64,000 nucleotides of DNA from an uncultured Candidatus Saccharibacteria bacterium (GCA_964625065.1 CAZUZL010000002.1:58067-122066); one strand, 5' to 3'; shown: positions 1 through 10,410, counted from the stretch's first letter. The notes: generated by a model from the letters alone, not told the origin. Numbers and translations: made by a program.

Positions 1-1450
1 GTTCCCCTACTTCAGTTTCAAGTCCGTTTGGAAAGTTTTCAAAAACAAAATTACAATGCGATTTTTTTATTGCATCAATAATTTCAATTTCAGTTGCATT
101 TACATTACCAAGGGTTATGATACTGCGCACTGTTCCGTTCGGAAATTCTGGTTTCTGAGGCACGTATGCAATGTGTTCACGCAAACAATGTTTAGGAATA
201 GAACTACATGGCACAGTACCTATGTGTATGTCGCCTTTTTGCACTTTTAGAAAACCAAGAAGTACGTTAACCAAAGTAGATTTACCACTGCCAGATTCGC
301 CAACTACACCGTAATGTCTGCCACCTAAAAAGTGGAAAGAAAAATCACGGATAACAGTTTGTTCTGAATCTTTACCAGCGTCAAAAGTAAAATCTACATG
401 TGACATAGTTATACTGTTGTCGTCTAAGATAATACCGTTTTGCGGAACCACATGTGATTCGCCTTCGTTCTGGTTGTTTTTGTCGTCCAGTATCTGTGCC
501 ATTTCATATGAACTAGCAAGTGCAGTACGTAGACGAAAGAAAGATTGACCGAAGTTAAACATAGAGTTCATTAACGTACCAATGTAAACTTGTACCATAA
601 CTGCCGTACCAATAGTTTCAGTTTTGTTTTGAACTGCCAGTACCATCTGATACATAACAACTATTTCAAGTCCGATCATCAGGAATTCCTGGATTGCCCA
701 TTGGTATTCGCCACATACCCATGCACGACGCGTTGCGTTCATTTCTTTTTCTGTACGTTTTTGAAAGTCAGCATATTTTTTAGGTGTACTGGCAAAAGAA
801 CGTAAATAAGAAACTGAATTTACAATACTACTGAAAAAACCCATTGTTTTAGAATCTTGTTCAGAAGCTTCTAAATCTAGCTTCATACGACGCCCTGAAA
901 AAAGGTACGTTATAAATACGAATACCAGAACCCACACCAAGAATATCGGTGCGATTTTCGGTATCGAATAGAACGAATAAACGAGCAGATAAACAACAAG
1001 GAAAAACGATGGTGTAATGGCAAATGTAAGGTGGTCTATTGTGTCTTCGGAATAGTTAGCAAACCTTTTTGATTTAGCAATAAGCCCGCCGATAGATGTG
1101 TTTTTAAAGAAAGAATAATTCTTCTTTAAAATACCTGAAAGCGTCGAGTCGCGAAGGTCTTTTATAACCCTGGATTCGGCAAATATCAAAGACCAGTGCG
1201 ACGCCCTTTTTAAAAGATACGAAACAACTACACATACGATTATCATCGTAAATGCAGGCCATGGGTTGCCACCAGATATTAACTGGTCGCACACAATTTT
1301 CCATTGTGAGGGTTTAAGCATAGCCGTAAAGTACGGCGCAAGATTGTAGCCAATAAAGGCTATTGATAGTAGTAATGCATTGTTTTTAAATGCATTTTTC
1401 CAGCCGCGCCACACTGTGGCAATAATGTTGGGTTTGGTTTTCTGATCCAT
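1..1450 (-). CDS. ABC exporter, fused TMD + ATP-binding domain (MsbA/MdlB-like), runs off the left edge
   Basis: ATG at 1450 (MDQKTKPNIIATVWRGWK...), hydrophobic N-terminal half, in-frame Walker A VGESGSGKST at ~275-304. Absent from the ORF track because its stop lies outside the window. Confidence 0.85.
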   Translation of the reverse strand, partial: MDQKTKPNIIATVWRGWKNAFKNNALLLSIAFIGYNLAPYFTAMLKPSQWKIVCDQLISGGNPWPAFTMIIVCVVVSYLLKRASHWSLIFAESRVIKDLRDSTLSGILKKNYSFFKNTSIGGLIAKSKRFANYSEDTIDHLTFAITPSFFLVVYLLVYSFYSIPKIAPIFLVWVLVFVFITYLFSGRRMKLDLEASEQDSKTMGFFSSIVNSVSYLRSFASTPKKYADFQKRTEKEMNATRRAWVCGEYQWAIQEFLMIGLEIVVMYQMVLAVQNKTETIGTAVMVQVYIGTLMNSMFNFGQSFFRLRTALASSYEMAQILDDKNNQNEGESHVVPQNGIILDDNSITMSHVDFTFDAGKDSEQTVIRDFSFHFLGGRHYGVVGESGSGKSTLVNVLLGFLKVQKGDIHIGTVPCSSIPKHCLREHIAYVPQKPEFPNGTVRSIITLGNVNATEIEIIDAIKKSHCNFVFENFPNGLETEVGE

Positions 1451-1509
1451 TTTGTTGGGGGTTTAGAATGTTATTAAATTTTAAAGAATTGGAGATTAAA
1501 GAACTTGCT

Positions 1510-1546
1510 AAAACAAAAACCTGAGCTTATGTTTAGCTCAGGTTTC
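1510..1546 (-). terminator. Intrinsic terminator in the leader of the ABC exporter
   Basis: Minus strand GAAACCTGAGCT-AAACATA-AGCTCAGGTTTTTGTTTT. Confidence 0.6.
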
Positions 1547-1568
1547 TCAATATTCCCCTGTTCAGGGA

Positions 1569-1682
1569 TTAAGAAATCGACAGCCAAACACAAACGTGTT
1601 CCATAGCAAAAAATGAACCAACTAGACCAATTTGGCCTTCGGCACAGTTTGTATATGAAATTGATTTGTGTATATTTGTCAT
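1569..1682 (-). CDS. Putative 37-aa leader peptide
   Basis: MTNIHKSISYTNCAEGQIGLVGSFFAMEHVCVWLSIS*, ending just before the terminator that precedes the ABC gene. Confidence 0.35.
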   Translation of the reverse strand: MTNIHKSISYTNCAEGQIGLVGSFFAMEHVCVWLSIS

Positions 1683-1768
1683 ACCCTTATGTAGACGTAT
1701 GAAGTAGCTATATATTACAAGAACCACCTCCCCCTGCGGGTACTCCTCCTTGATTAAGAAGGAGATAT

Positions 1769-1799
1769 AAAAAACACCTTATTTTGTAAGGTGTTTTTT
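1769..1799. terminator. Bidirectional-type terminator after gltX
   Basis: AAAAAACACCTTA-TTTTG-TAAGGTGTTTTTT. Confidence 0.7.
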
Positions 1800-1802
1800 A
1801 TA

Positions 1803-3185
1803 TTAACTTAGCAACAACTGTTCTGCGTTGCGGAGACGGGCCAATGTTTCTTCTTGACCCAGCACATATGCCAGTGTAAAAGGATCTGGGGATTTATCTG
1901 CACCTGAGAGTGCCACGCGCATAGGCCACAGTACGTCGCCACGGCCGACAGATTCGGCGTAGTCCCAGATAGCAGACTTTATAGTGTCTGCACTGGACCA
2001 GTCGGCAGATTCTAACATAGTGGCAACTTCACCCACTACTGCAGATAGATGTTCGTATTTAGTGTCTGCATCGACAAATTTTGTTTTCTTAAAGAAAAAC
2101 ATGTCGCGCACGTATTGTGGTGTGTCAAAGAAATATGCAAGTTCGCCGTCTGTCCACATAGTTTTTACATCAGCAAATTTAGCAATACGGTCGATGATGA
2201 TAGGTAAAACTTTTCGGAAACGGTCGGCACTGTACTGTGGTAAAGTCGAAGCCTCTAGTGGTAGATACTGTTCGACTAAAACATACTGTTGGTCGTGCGA
2301 AAGTTTTTTGATATGTTCGCGGTTTACCCAGTCGAGTTTTTCTGTGTTAAATATACCACCACCTGACTGAACACGTTCAATACTAAATGCCTGAATAAGT
2401 TCGGGCAATGTAAATATTTCTTGTTCAGTACCTGGGTTCCAACCTATTAATGCAAGGAAGTTTAACAAAGCTTCGGGCAAGTAGCCATGTTCGCGGTAGT
2501 CGAGTGTATTTGTTGCGCCGTTTCTTTTTGATAATTTTGTTCGGTCTGGTGCAAGTACAAGTGGTATGTGCGCATAAATAAATGGTGGAAAACCAAGAGC
2601 TTCACGGATAAGTATTTGTCTAGGTGTGTTTGAAAGATGTTCCTGTGCACGGATAATGTGTGTTATACCCATGTCGTGGTCGTCGACAACGTTTGCAAAA
2701 TGGAACATTGGCGAATTAAAGTCGCGAGCGATGATAAAGTCGCCCAGGTCTGTTGTATCTACAGACACGTCGCCACAAACTTGGTCGTTTACTGTTACAA
2801 CACGGCCAGGGTTTTTTAGACGGATAAGTTCTATCAGTACATCAGGGTTGTCTTTTGAAGGTTCGCTACTTGCGTATGCCTTACCTTCTTCAACCAACCT
2901 TTCTAAGTGGCCACGGTAAATTTCCTTTCTGTCGCTTTGTTTGTATAGTTCGTCGTATTCTAAACCAAGCCATTTGAAAGATTCTAATATAGCTTCGGTG
3001 GCTTCGTCTTTGTTGCGTGCTTCGTCAGTGTCTTCTATACGCAAGATAAATTTACCACCGTGTTTACGCGCGTAAAGGTAGTTGTATAGTGCAGTACGTA
3101 CCCCACCGATGTGCATGTTTCCAGTAGGACTGGGTGCAAAACGTGTTACGACTGGTTTACCAGCATTATTGTTGTCTGACATCAT
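1803..3185 (-). CDS. gltX: Glutamate--tRNA ligase
   Basis: TRFAPSPTGNMHIGG (HIGH), LRIEDTD, KLSKR (KMSKS). Confidence 0.97.
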   Translation of the reverse strand: MMSDNNNAGKPVVTRFAPSPTGNMHIGGVRTALYNYLYARKHGGKFILRIEDTDEARNKDEATEAILESFKWLGLEYDELYKQSDRKEIYRGHLERLVEEGKAYASSEPSKDNPDVLIELIRLKNPGRVVTVNDQVCGDVSVDTTDLGDFIIARDFNSPMFHFANVVDDHDMGITHIIRAQEHLSNTPRQILIREALGFPPFIYAHIPLVLAPDRTKLSKRNGATNTLDYREHGYLPEALLNFLALIGWNPGTEQEIFTLPELIQAFSIERVQSGGGIFNTEKLDWVNREHIKKLSHDQQYVLVEQYLPLEASTLPQYSADRFRKVLPIIIDRIAKFADVKTMWTDGELAYFFDTPQYVRDMFFFKKTKFVDADTKYEHLSAVVGEVATMLESADWSSADTIKSAIWDYAESVGRGDVLWPMRVALSGADKSPDPFTLAYVLGQEETLARLRNAEQLLLS

Positions 3186-3260
3186 AAGTCTATACTATAC
3201 CACAAAACCTGGAATTTTACGAGCTAGGACAATACAAATGTTTTGTAGTATAATACATAC

Positions 3261-3728
3261 ATGATAGAAAACTTTAACCAAAACTTAACTTCACAACGTG
3301 AAGCAGAAAACACCCAAGAAAATTCCCCTAGTAGAAACTGGGCAAATTTAACCAGCACTGACCTGATAGAACTACTGGGCAAACTGGGGCCTTTTGTAAA
3401 TGAAAATGGTACGTTAATACAAATGCCTGAACTAATGGTAAACGGCAATCTAGACAAAGACATGTTTGCAGGACTAATGACATACCACACACCTTCGTTC
3501 GAAACAGCAAATACCGAAACAGCTAACGAAGTTATAACATTTCTAGAAAAAGTAAATTCGAAACTAAGCAATGAAAATCTAACTGAAAGTATAGACCAAC
3601 TTAAAAATGATTCTGAAAAAATAGTTTCTGAACATGACGGCGAGAAATTTATGGAAAAGTCCTTTGGCATATACAACGAAATCTGGAACGAATACCTGGC
3701 ACCCAAAGAATACAAACCTAAAAATTAA
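3261..3728 (+). CDS. Hypothetical protein (acidic, helical ORFan)
   Basis: 155-aa ORF, TATAAT just upstream of the ATG, terminator hairpin at ~3737-3763. Confidence 0.7.
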   Translation: MIENFNQNLTSQREAENTQENSPSRNWANLTSTDLIELLGKLGPFVNENGTLIQMPELMVNGNLDKDMFAGLMTYHTPSFETANTETANEVITFLEKVNSKLSNENLTESIDQLKNDSEKIVSEHDGEKFMEKSFGIYNEIWNEYLAPKEYKPKN

Positions 3729-3776
3729 TACAATAAATAAAACCCAGTGAATCTGGGTTTTATTTATTTCTATACC

Positions 3777-4907
3777 CTATTCGTGCATGTCAGCTACGTC
3801 GTACACGGCGCGGGCTATTAACATGGATGCGTCGGTTTTAGCAAACTTGGTTGCGGCGGCGGCCATGGCGTCGTATTTGTCTTTATGGTCTATTATTTCG
3901 TCGATGGCGTGTATTAGTTCTACTGGTTGTAGGTTGTTTTCTTCTAACACTGTACACGCACCAGCACGGGCGTAGTTGTAGGCGTTTTTACGTTGGTGGT
4001 CGCCATTAGAAACACTAATGGGTACTATAACTGAAGGCAAACCCCATGTAGCTATTTCAAATATTGTAGACCCAGCGCGAGACACAACAATGTTTGCAGA
4101 ACCTGCGGCCATCTTCATACCCAAGGCTTCTAAATATGCAAATGGTTTATAACGGTTTTTATGTTCACTGTCTTTTAAGACAACGCCTGATGTACCTTTA
4201 ACTTCGTCAAAATTTTTAACACCAACCTGGTGTACAACTTGGTATTTCTTAACCAGTTCGGGTAGTGCCTGTACAACAGTATCGTTGATAATAGTTGCCC
4301 CTTGTGAACCACCTGTAATAAATATAACTGGTGTGTGTACCTCGAGGCCCAGGTATTCGCGGGCGCCATTTAGCGTAGGTTTAGTTATGGTGCTACGCAT
4401 TGGTTGGCCTGTCCATGCAACACGTGTACCAGACGGGTCTAATATAGCGGCAACGTCTGGGTACGACACGGCTATGCGTGTAGCAAACTTGGCAGACCAG
4501 CGTGTTACACGGCCCGGCGCCGAGTCTGATTCGTGTATAACTACTGGTATGCGTAGTATGCGTGCTGCCACTAGTGCTGGAAAACTAGCGTAACAACCTT
4601 TAGAAAAAACAACATCTGGGTAAATAAGGAACATTTTCCATAAAGCTATAAATATACCAGACGCTGTTTTAAAAATATCAAAGAAATTTTGTATGGAAAA
4701 ATATATGCGTAGTTTACCAGCAGGCACACTAACAAACTGCAAACCAACTTCGTCTAATACGCGTTGGTTGTATGGGCTGTTAGACATATAATACATTTTT
4801 ACGTCTACAAGTTTTTCAGCATCAACTATTTCGCGTAGTTTTTCTGCTACTGCTATTATGGGGTAAACATGCCCCCCTGAACCACCACCTGTAAAAAGTA
4901 TTTTCAT
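3777..4907 (-). CDS. murG: MurG glycosyltransferase
   Basis: GGGSGGHVYP, HESDSAPG, GGSQGA, HQRKNA. Confidence 0.96.
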   Translation of the reverse strand: MKILFTGGGSGGHVYPIIAVAEKLREIVDAEKLVDVKMYYMSNSPYNQRVLDEVGLQFVSVPAGKLRIYFSIQNFFDIFKTASGIFIALWKMFLIYPDVVFSKGCYASFPALVAARILRIPVVIHESDSAPGRVTRWSAKFATRIAVSYPDVAAILDPSGTRVAWTGQPMRSTITKPTLNGAREYLGLEVHTPVIFITGGSQGATIINDTVVQALPELVKKYQVVHQVGVKNFDEVKGTSGVVLKDSEHKNRYKPFAYLEALGMKMAAGSANIVVSRAGSTIFEIATWGLPSVIVPISVSNGDHQRKNAYNYARAGACTVLEENNLQPVELIHAIDEIIDHKDKYDAMAAAATKFAKTDASMLIARAVYDVADMHE

Positions 4908-4917
4908 AATATAGATA

Positions 4918-6027
4918 TTATACCGCCTTCTTTTGAAAACGTGAAATGTTAAGTATTATACCGATCAGTGCCAAAGAAAACGCTAACGATGTACCACCCT
5001 GACTGATAAACACCAATGGCACCCCTGTTAGTGGGAACAAACCAAGTATAGATGCAATGTTTAGGAATGACTGTGCTGTAAGCATTATAACTGCCCCGGC
5101 AACAAACAACTGGGCAAATGTGTCTGGTGCGTTACGTGCTATACGCAAACCACGCAACAAAAACGCACTGTATAACAAAACTATAAGTGTACAACCGACG
5201 AAACCAATCTCCTCACCCATTACGGCAAAAATAGAGTCACCTTGGGGTTCGGGCAAGTAGCTAAACTTTTGTACGCTTTGTCCATAACCACGACCAAACA
5301 CACCACCAGAACCCACCGCTATTAGCCCCTGTTGTAACTGATACGACGAACCAGATGGGTCGCGTGAAGGGTCTAGGAATGTAAACATACGATCCTTCAG
5401 ATATGGTTTATACATTAGTAATGCACCTAAACCTAAGATTAATATACCCATGGTTAAGAAAAGTTGTTTCCAAGGCACACCAGCTATAAGCAACATGCCC
5501 AGTGCAGCTGCGGCCATAAGCATAAAGCTTTTTGTGTCTGGCTGGCGGAAAAGTACAGCAGCAACAATACCCAACATTAGTACCAGTGGTATAATGCCAA
5601 ATTTTAAACCATTAACTTTGTCTTTGACCCAAGAAAGCCAACCTGCAAAATACATTATAAAAGCAATTTTAAGAAGTTCGGCTGGCTGAAAAGAAACAGG
5701 CCCCAGAGACAGCCACCGTGTTGCCCCACCGTGGCGCATACCTAACCCTGGTACAAATACCAGTGCAGTAACAGCAATAGAACCAAGGAATAAATAAAAA
5801 GAATATTTACGCCACCACAGATATGGAACTTTTAATGTTGCCCACAGTAGTATACCGCCACCAACTACACCTAGTGCAAACTGACTGAACAAAACGTTCC
5901 AGAATTTACCTTGAGATTTAGCAAACACACCGAACGATGCAGATACAAAGAAAAACAAACCTAACACAACTAGTGCTATAACGATACCAAAAAATATTTT
6001 ATCGAAAGGTTTGTTTTTTATTTGCAT
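4918..6027 (-). CDS. ftsW: SEDS peptidoglycan polymerase FtsW
   Basis: GATRWL, SFQPAE, LPEPQGDSIF, PLTGVPLVFISQGG. Adjacent to murG. Confidence 0.92.
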   Translation of the reverse strand: MQIKNKPFDKIFFGIVIALVVLGLFFFVSASFGVFAKSQGKFWNVLFSQFALGVVGGGILLWATLKVPYLWWRKYSFYLFLGSIAVTALVFVPGLGMRHGGATRWLSLGPVSFQPAELLKIAFIMYFAGWLSWVKDKVNGLKFGIIPLVLMLGIVAAVLFRQPDTKSFMLMAAAALGMLLIAGVPWKQLFLTMGILILGLGALLMYKPYLKDRMFTFLDPSRDPSGSSYQLQQGLIAVGSGGVFGRGYGQSVQKFSYLPEPQGDSIFAVMGEEIGFVGCTLIVLLYSAFLLRGLRIARNAPDTFAQLFVAGAVIMLTAQSFLNIASILGLFPLTGVPLVFISQGGTSLAFSLALIGIILNISRFQKKAV

Positions 6028-6045
6028 ATCTAATTTTTAAAAACT

Positions 6046-7110
6046 TTAGCTCATCAATGTAATAATAGTTCCTATTGCTGCAGCAAATATAGACATGATC
6101 CAGTAACGCATGGTTACTGCGGGACGCGACCAGCCTTTGGCTTCAAAATGGTGGTGTATAGGTGCCACAAGGAATATGCGTTTTTTATTAAAATATTTGT
6201 ACGACACCATTTGTGCAAAAGAAGAAAATGCCGTCATAGCCAGTGGAAAACCGATAATTAGAAATGGCAGTACTGCGTCTGTTAGAAATGCAATAACTGA
6301 CAACGTTACAGTTAGCCCCACCATACCTGTTTCGCCCATGTAGAATTTGGCTGGTGGCACATTGAACCATAGAAATACCAGAACAGAGCCACCGACTACT
6401 GCAGAGAACGCTGCCAAGTCTACTTGGTTATGGAAATACGCAATTACAGCATAAGCAAAAAATATTGGTACCATTACCCCACCAGCCAGCCCGTCGATAC
6501 CGTCGATAACTGAAGAAGAAAATATAGCCAACGTCACAGTGATAAAAAATGGTATAAACAACAAGCCCATGTTTAGCTGCCCGTCGAAAGGTATATGTAT
6601 ACCAGTAATACCAAGTTTAAATACAAACCATAAACTAACTAACAAACTAATAAATACTATTAAACCTATTTTAATTCTTCTGTTTGAAATAGCGTCGTTG
6701 GCATAACTACCAGTACCATATATCTGTACCAAGTCGTCGAACAGGCCAAGTATAGAAGAAAATATAAGCACAGCAAACGGTACCAGCGTCTGGTTTCTAG
6801 AAAGGAAGCTAAGTTTGTCTAATGTTACCGAAGGTATAACTAATGACAATATGTATAAACCAAGTATAACAATACTAACAGATGCCCATATAACAATGCC
6901 GCCTACACGTGGTGTAGAAAGTTCGTCTTTTTCATTGTGTAGTTCGCGAAAAGTATTGTTAGTTATGGTTTGGTCGGCAACGTCAGAACGGCTTTTACGT
7001 TTCCACAACCTTTGTTTTATAAACAAACGTATTAGCGGTGGCGTAATAACAAATCCTGTTATAAAGGCTAGTACGACTGGTAATAAAATTTTTACTGCAT
7101 TGGTAACCAT
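6046..7110 (-). CDS. mraY: Phospho-MurNAc-pentapeptide transferase
   Basis: TPRVGG, GLFDD, DGIDGL, FNVPPAKFYMGETG, APIHHHFE. Confidence 0.95.
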   Translation of the reverse strand: MVTNAVKILLPVVLAFITGFVITPPLIRLFIKQRLWKRKSRSDVADQTITNNTFRELHNEKDELSTPRVGGIVIWASVSIVILGLYILSLVIPSVTLDKLSFLSRNQTLVPFAVLIFSSILGLFDDLVQIYGTGSYANDAISNRRIKIGLIVFISLLVSLWFVFKLGITGIHIPFDGQLNMGLLFIPFFITVTLAIFSSSVIDGIDGLAGGVMVPIFFAYAVIAYFHNQVDLAAFSAVVGGSVLVFLWFNVPPAKFYMGETGMVGLTVTLSVIAFLTDAVLPFLIIGFPLAMTAFSSFAQMVSYKYFNKKRIFLVAPIHHHFEAKGWSRPAVTMRYWIMSIFAAAIGTIITLMS

Positions 7111-7113
7111 ATA

Positions 7114-7141
7114 TGTTTAGTTGTTAGTTTATAGTGAATAG
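7114..7141. repeat. Degenerate 7-bp tandem repeat x4
   Basis: TGTTTAG TTGTTAG TTTATAG TGAATAG directly upstream of the mraY start. Confidence 0.6.
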
Positions 7142-7176
7142 TTTTTATACTTCGAACAGATTTTAATTTAGACTTT

Positions 7177-7743
7177 TTACGGAAGTTCTTCTGTAACCTG
7201 TAAACTGTCAGCTGTAACCTCTTCTACTATGCCTTGTAATTTAGCTTCTATAGTTTCGCGGTCGGGCAAGTTTTGTACAGAATCTACACCCATATATGTT
7301 AGCAACTGAGCAGTGGGTTCGTATATAAACGAACGGTTGTCTGACGGGTTTGTTTTCTTTTCTATCAGACCACGCATGGTTAGTGTGCGTAATATAAAAC
7401 TGGACTGCACACCGCGGATAAAGTCTATGTCAGGCCGAGATGCATGTTTTTTATAAAGTATAATTGCCAGTGTTTCGAGTGCGGCCTTAGAAAGTTCCTT
7501 TTGGTCAGAATGTTTTTGTTCTGATGCTATAAATTCTGATAGCTGTGGGTCTGTGCCTAACATGTATGTGTCGCCAGCTATAACTAAAACCAATCCACTT
7601 TCTAAAAGGTGGTTTTGTAGTTCTGAAAATACATCTGTAAAACCTTCTACTGATACACCTATAGATTCTGCTAACGAAACCGCCGACTGTGGGTCGTTTT
7701 CGATAAAAAGCAATGTTAGTAGTTTTTGTGCGTTTAAAGTCAT
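7177..7743 (-). CDS. scpB: SMC-Scp subunit ScpB
   Basis: LSKAALETLAIILY...IDFIRGV. Confidence 0.93.
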   Translation of the reverse strand: MTLNAQKLLTLLFIENDPQSAVSLAESIGVSVEGFTDVFSELQNHLLESGLVLVIAGDTYMLGTDPQLSEFIASEQKHSDQKELSKAALETLAIILYKKHASRPDIDFIRGVQSSFILRTLTMRGLIEKKTNPSDNRSFIYEPTAQLLTYMGVDSVQNLPDRETIEAKLQGIVEEVTADSLQVTEELP

Positions 7744-7747
7744 ATAT

Positions 7748-8518
7748 TTACTGGGTTATTATATCATTTATTGTTGTATTTTCCACGGATGGTTTTGTTC
7801 TAGAAAAATGCATGTCGTCGAAAGTGTTATGCTGTACTACAGACAGTATGCCGTTACGCACCATTTCTAATAGTGCCAGGAATGATACTATGGCGTGTAC
7901 TTTTTCTGTTTTAGTTTTAGGTGTACCAGTTAAGTTACGAAAAGACATTGTCATTTCGTTTTGTATACGGTCTGTTAGACTATTCATAACTTCTTCGATA
8001 GACATTATACGTTCTGCCTTTACCTGTGGTAACACTTCTTTTTTCGGCACACTGGCCATAACACCACCTAACAATGCGTGCAGGTTTGCCACAGTTATAC
8101 CAGCGTCGGGTGTAAACACTATTACTTTTTTAATACGGCCACCAGCACCGGGGCGTATGTAGTAGGGCGACTTTAGCATACTACGCACATGTACACTGCC
8201 TTCGCGGGCAGCTTGGTAACGACGTAGTCTGTCTTCTAGGTCTACTATACTTTCTTTTTCTTCTGTAGTTAACGACAAACCTGGTAGTAGTGCTCGGGAT
8301 TTAATAAGTAGCAATGTTGCAGCAACAGACAAAAATGCAGTACTGTCGTCCAGGCTTTGACCGACGTTTTCTGTGGCCATGTTGCGAATGTGGTTTAGGT
8401 AGTCTTCGGTAACGGCGGCTAAAGCTAGTTCATTGATAAAAAGCTTACGTTTTTCGACGAGTTCTAAAAGTATTTCGAGTGGGCCTTCGAACTGACCTGT
8501 ACGAACGGTATATGACAT
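7748..8518 (-). CDS. scpA: SMC-Scp subunit ScpA (kleisin)
   Basis: FEGPLEILLELV, AATLLLIKSRALLP, FLALLEM. Confidence 0.93.
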   Translation of the reverse strand: MSYTVRTGQFEGPLEILLELVEKRKLFINELALAAVTEDYLNHIRNMATENVGQSLDDSTAFLSVAATLLLIKSRALLPGLSLTTEEKESIVDLEDRLRRYQAAREGSVHVRSMLKSPYYIRPGAGGRIKKVIVFTPDAGITVANLHALLGGVMASVPKKEVLPQVKAERIMSIEEVMNSLTDRIQNEMTMSFRNLTGTPKTKTEKVHAIVSFLALLEMVRNGILSVVQHNTFDDMHFSRTKPSVENTTINDIITQ

Positions 8519-8612
8519 AAGTGTATTATACTGTTTTTAACACTTCCCTGATATGTTGACTTTATTCCATTTTGGTGCTATAATACCAGTAAGCACAAAT
8601 CGCAAATTAAAA

Positions 8613-8933
8613 ATGAGTATAATATCAATCGACACAAAAATTCCTGTTCTGACAGAACTATTAGATAAGGATCTATTGAAACTCAAAGACGAGTTCATTG
8701 AGATAATCAGATCAAGTAAGAATAGTACTACTCCTGAACATGTTGGAGCGAACTTTCTAAACAACTACGATCTGATCAATGGAGAAATCCGAAATCGGGT
8801 TGAAAAACTTGAAAAAAAATACGAAAGCATGTCCGAAGAGGAACTTGAAAAACTTCGCGACGAAGCTGATAAAGACTGGGAAACCAATTATATCGAACTT
8901 TGCGCGTTGCATTTTTCACCTGGACTTTTTTAG
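8613..8933 (+). CDS. Hypothetical protein
   Basis: Part of the 126-aa ORF. Likely start MSIISID at 8613, after a TTGACT...TATAAT promoter. Confidence 0.6.
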   Translation: MSIISIDTKIPVLTELLDKDLLKLKDEFIEIIRSSKNSTTPEHVGANFLNNYDLINGEIRNRVEKLEKKYESMSEEELEKLRDEADKDWETNYIELCALHFSPGLF

Positions 8934-8994
8934 TAACAATGATTCAGAATGCAAAAAACCGTTCCTATACGTAGTAACGGTTTTTTTATTTTTA

Positions 8995-10410
8995 TTACTT
9001 CTGTATATCTACCTTTATAGAAAGTTCGCGAAGTTGTTTGTTAGATATTTCTGTTGGTGATTCCATCATCAGATCCTTCGCCTCACCTGTTTTAGGGAAA
9101 GCTATAACTTCACGTATGTTTGGTTCGCCTTCTAGTAACATCATCAAACGGTCAAAGCCCCAGGCAATACCACCATGTGGCGGTGTACCAGAACCAAGGG
9201 CGTCTAACATATGGCCAAAGTTTTTCTGTATGTTTTCGTCTGTATGGCCGATAATGTTTAGAACTTGTTTTAGGGCTTCTGGTTGGTGGTTACGTATACT
9301 ACCACCACCTATTTCGTAACCGTTCATGGTTATGTCGTATTGGGTTGTCAGAATTTGGCCAATGTCTTTTTTATCCATTAGATTTTGCATGTGTTCTGGT
9401 ATCGGTGCAGAAAACGGGTTATGGGTAAATGTCCATTCACCTTCTACGTCAGGGTTATCAGAAGTTTTTGTACTTTCGAAAAATGGAAAGTCTACAACCC
9501 AACAAAATGCTAACAAGTTAGCATCTGTTTTGTCAGTGCGTATATCTGGTCTGTCGTTACCGTATTTTTCCATTGCTTCTTTATATGAAATACGCGGGAA
9601 TGGAATTTGTTGTATCTTTTTCTCTGGGTAGAACTTTTGCACAATGTCTATTAACAACTGTTCGTTTACTGCCATTACGTCTTCTTTACTTACAAAAGAC
9701 ATTTCCATATCTATCTGAGTAAATTCTGGTTGTCTGTCACCACGACTGTCTTCGTCACGTAGACATTTTGCAACTTGGAAGTAACGTTCTACACCACCTG
9801 CCATTAGCAACTGTTTGTATTGTTGTGGTGACTGTGGCAATGCATAAAATGTACCTGGGTAAAGGCGGGCTGGCACCACAAAGTCACGGGCACCTTCGGG
9901 TGTAGACTTGGTTAGTAGTGGTGTTTCTATTTCAATAAAGTTTTGACTGTCTAGGTAGTTACGTATATATGTTGCAACTTTATGTCTGTTGCGTAAGTTT
10001 TTCTGTAAACGTGGACGGCGCATATCTAGGTAGCGGTATGTTAAACGAACTTCTTCGCCTATTTCATGGCCGTCTGTAGAAATGTCGAAACGTGGTGTTG
10101 TTGCCATGTTCAACACCTCGATGTTTAGGACTTCAAGTTCAATGTCGCCGTTTACTATGTCGGCTTTAATGTTTTTTTCAGGGCGTTTGTTAACTTTACC
10201 TAATACAGACACTACCCATTCTGGGCGGACTGTTTTAGCAGTTTCAATAGCGGCAGATGCTGGTAATACAACAGACTGTATTTTACCAGACATGTCGCGC
10301 AGGTCCATAAATACCATTTTACCTTGGTCGCGACGGATATCTATCCACCCGCAAATAGTAACTTCCTGGTCTATATACCCTGCCAAATCCTTTATATATG
10401 TGCGTTTCAT
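8995..10410 (-). CDS. aspS: Aspartate--tRNA ligase (short form lacking the GAD insertion)
   Basis: OB-fold RRDQG, TPEGARDF, ALPQSPQ, DRQPEFTQ, PPHGGIAWGFDR. Start moved to MKRTY. Confidence 0.96.
   Translation of the reverse strand: MKRTYIKDLAGYIDQEVTICGWIDIRRDQGKMVFMDLRDMSGKIQSVVLPASAAIETAKTVRPEWVVSVLGKVNKRPEKNIKADIVNGDIELEVLNIEVLNMATTPRFDISTDGHEIGEEVRLTYRYLDMRRPRLQKNLRNRHKVATYIRNYLDSQNFIEIETPLLTKSTPEGARDFVVPARLYPGTFYALPQSPQQYKQLLMAGGVERYFQVAKCLRDEDSRGDRQPEFTQIDMEMSFVSKEDVMAVNEQLLIDIVQKFYPEKKIQQIPFPRISYKEAMEKYGNDRPDIRTDKTDANLLAFCWVVDFPFFESTKTSDNPDVEGEWTFTHNPFSAPIPEHMQNLMDKKDIGQILTTQYDITMNGYEIGGGSIRNHQPEALKQVLNIIGHTDENIQKNFGHMLDALGSGTPPHGGIAWGFDRLMMLLEGEPNIREVIAFPKTGEAKDLMMESPTEISNKQLRELSIKVDIQK

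Noticed and set aside
4918-7110. murD missing between mraY and ftsW
   Set aside because: dcw cluster rearrangement is common, and the gene may lie outside the window.
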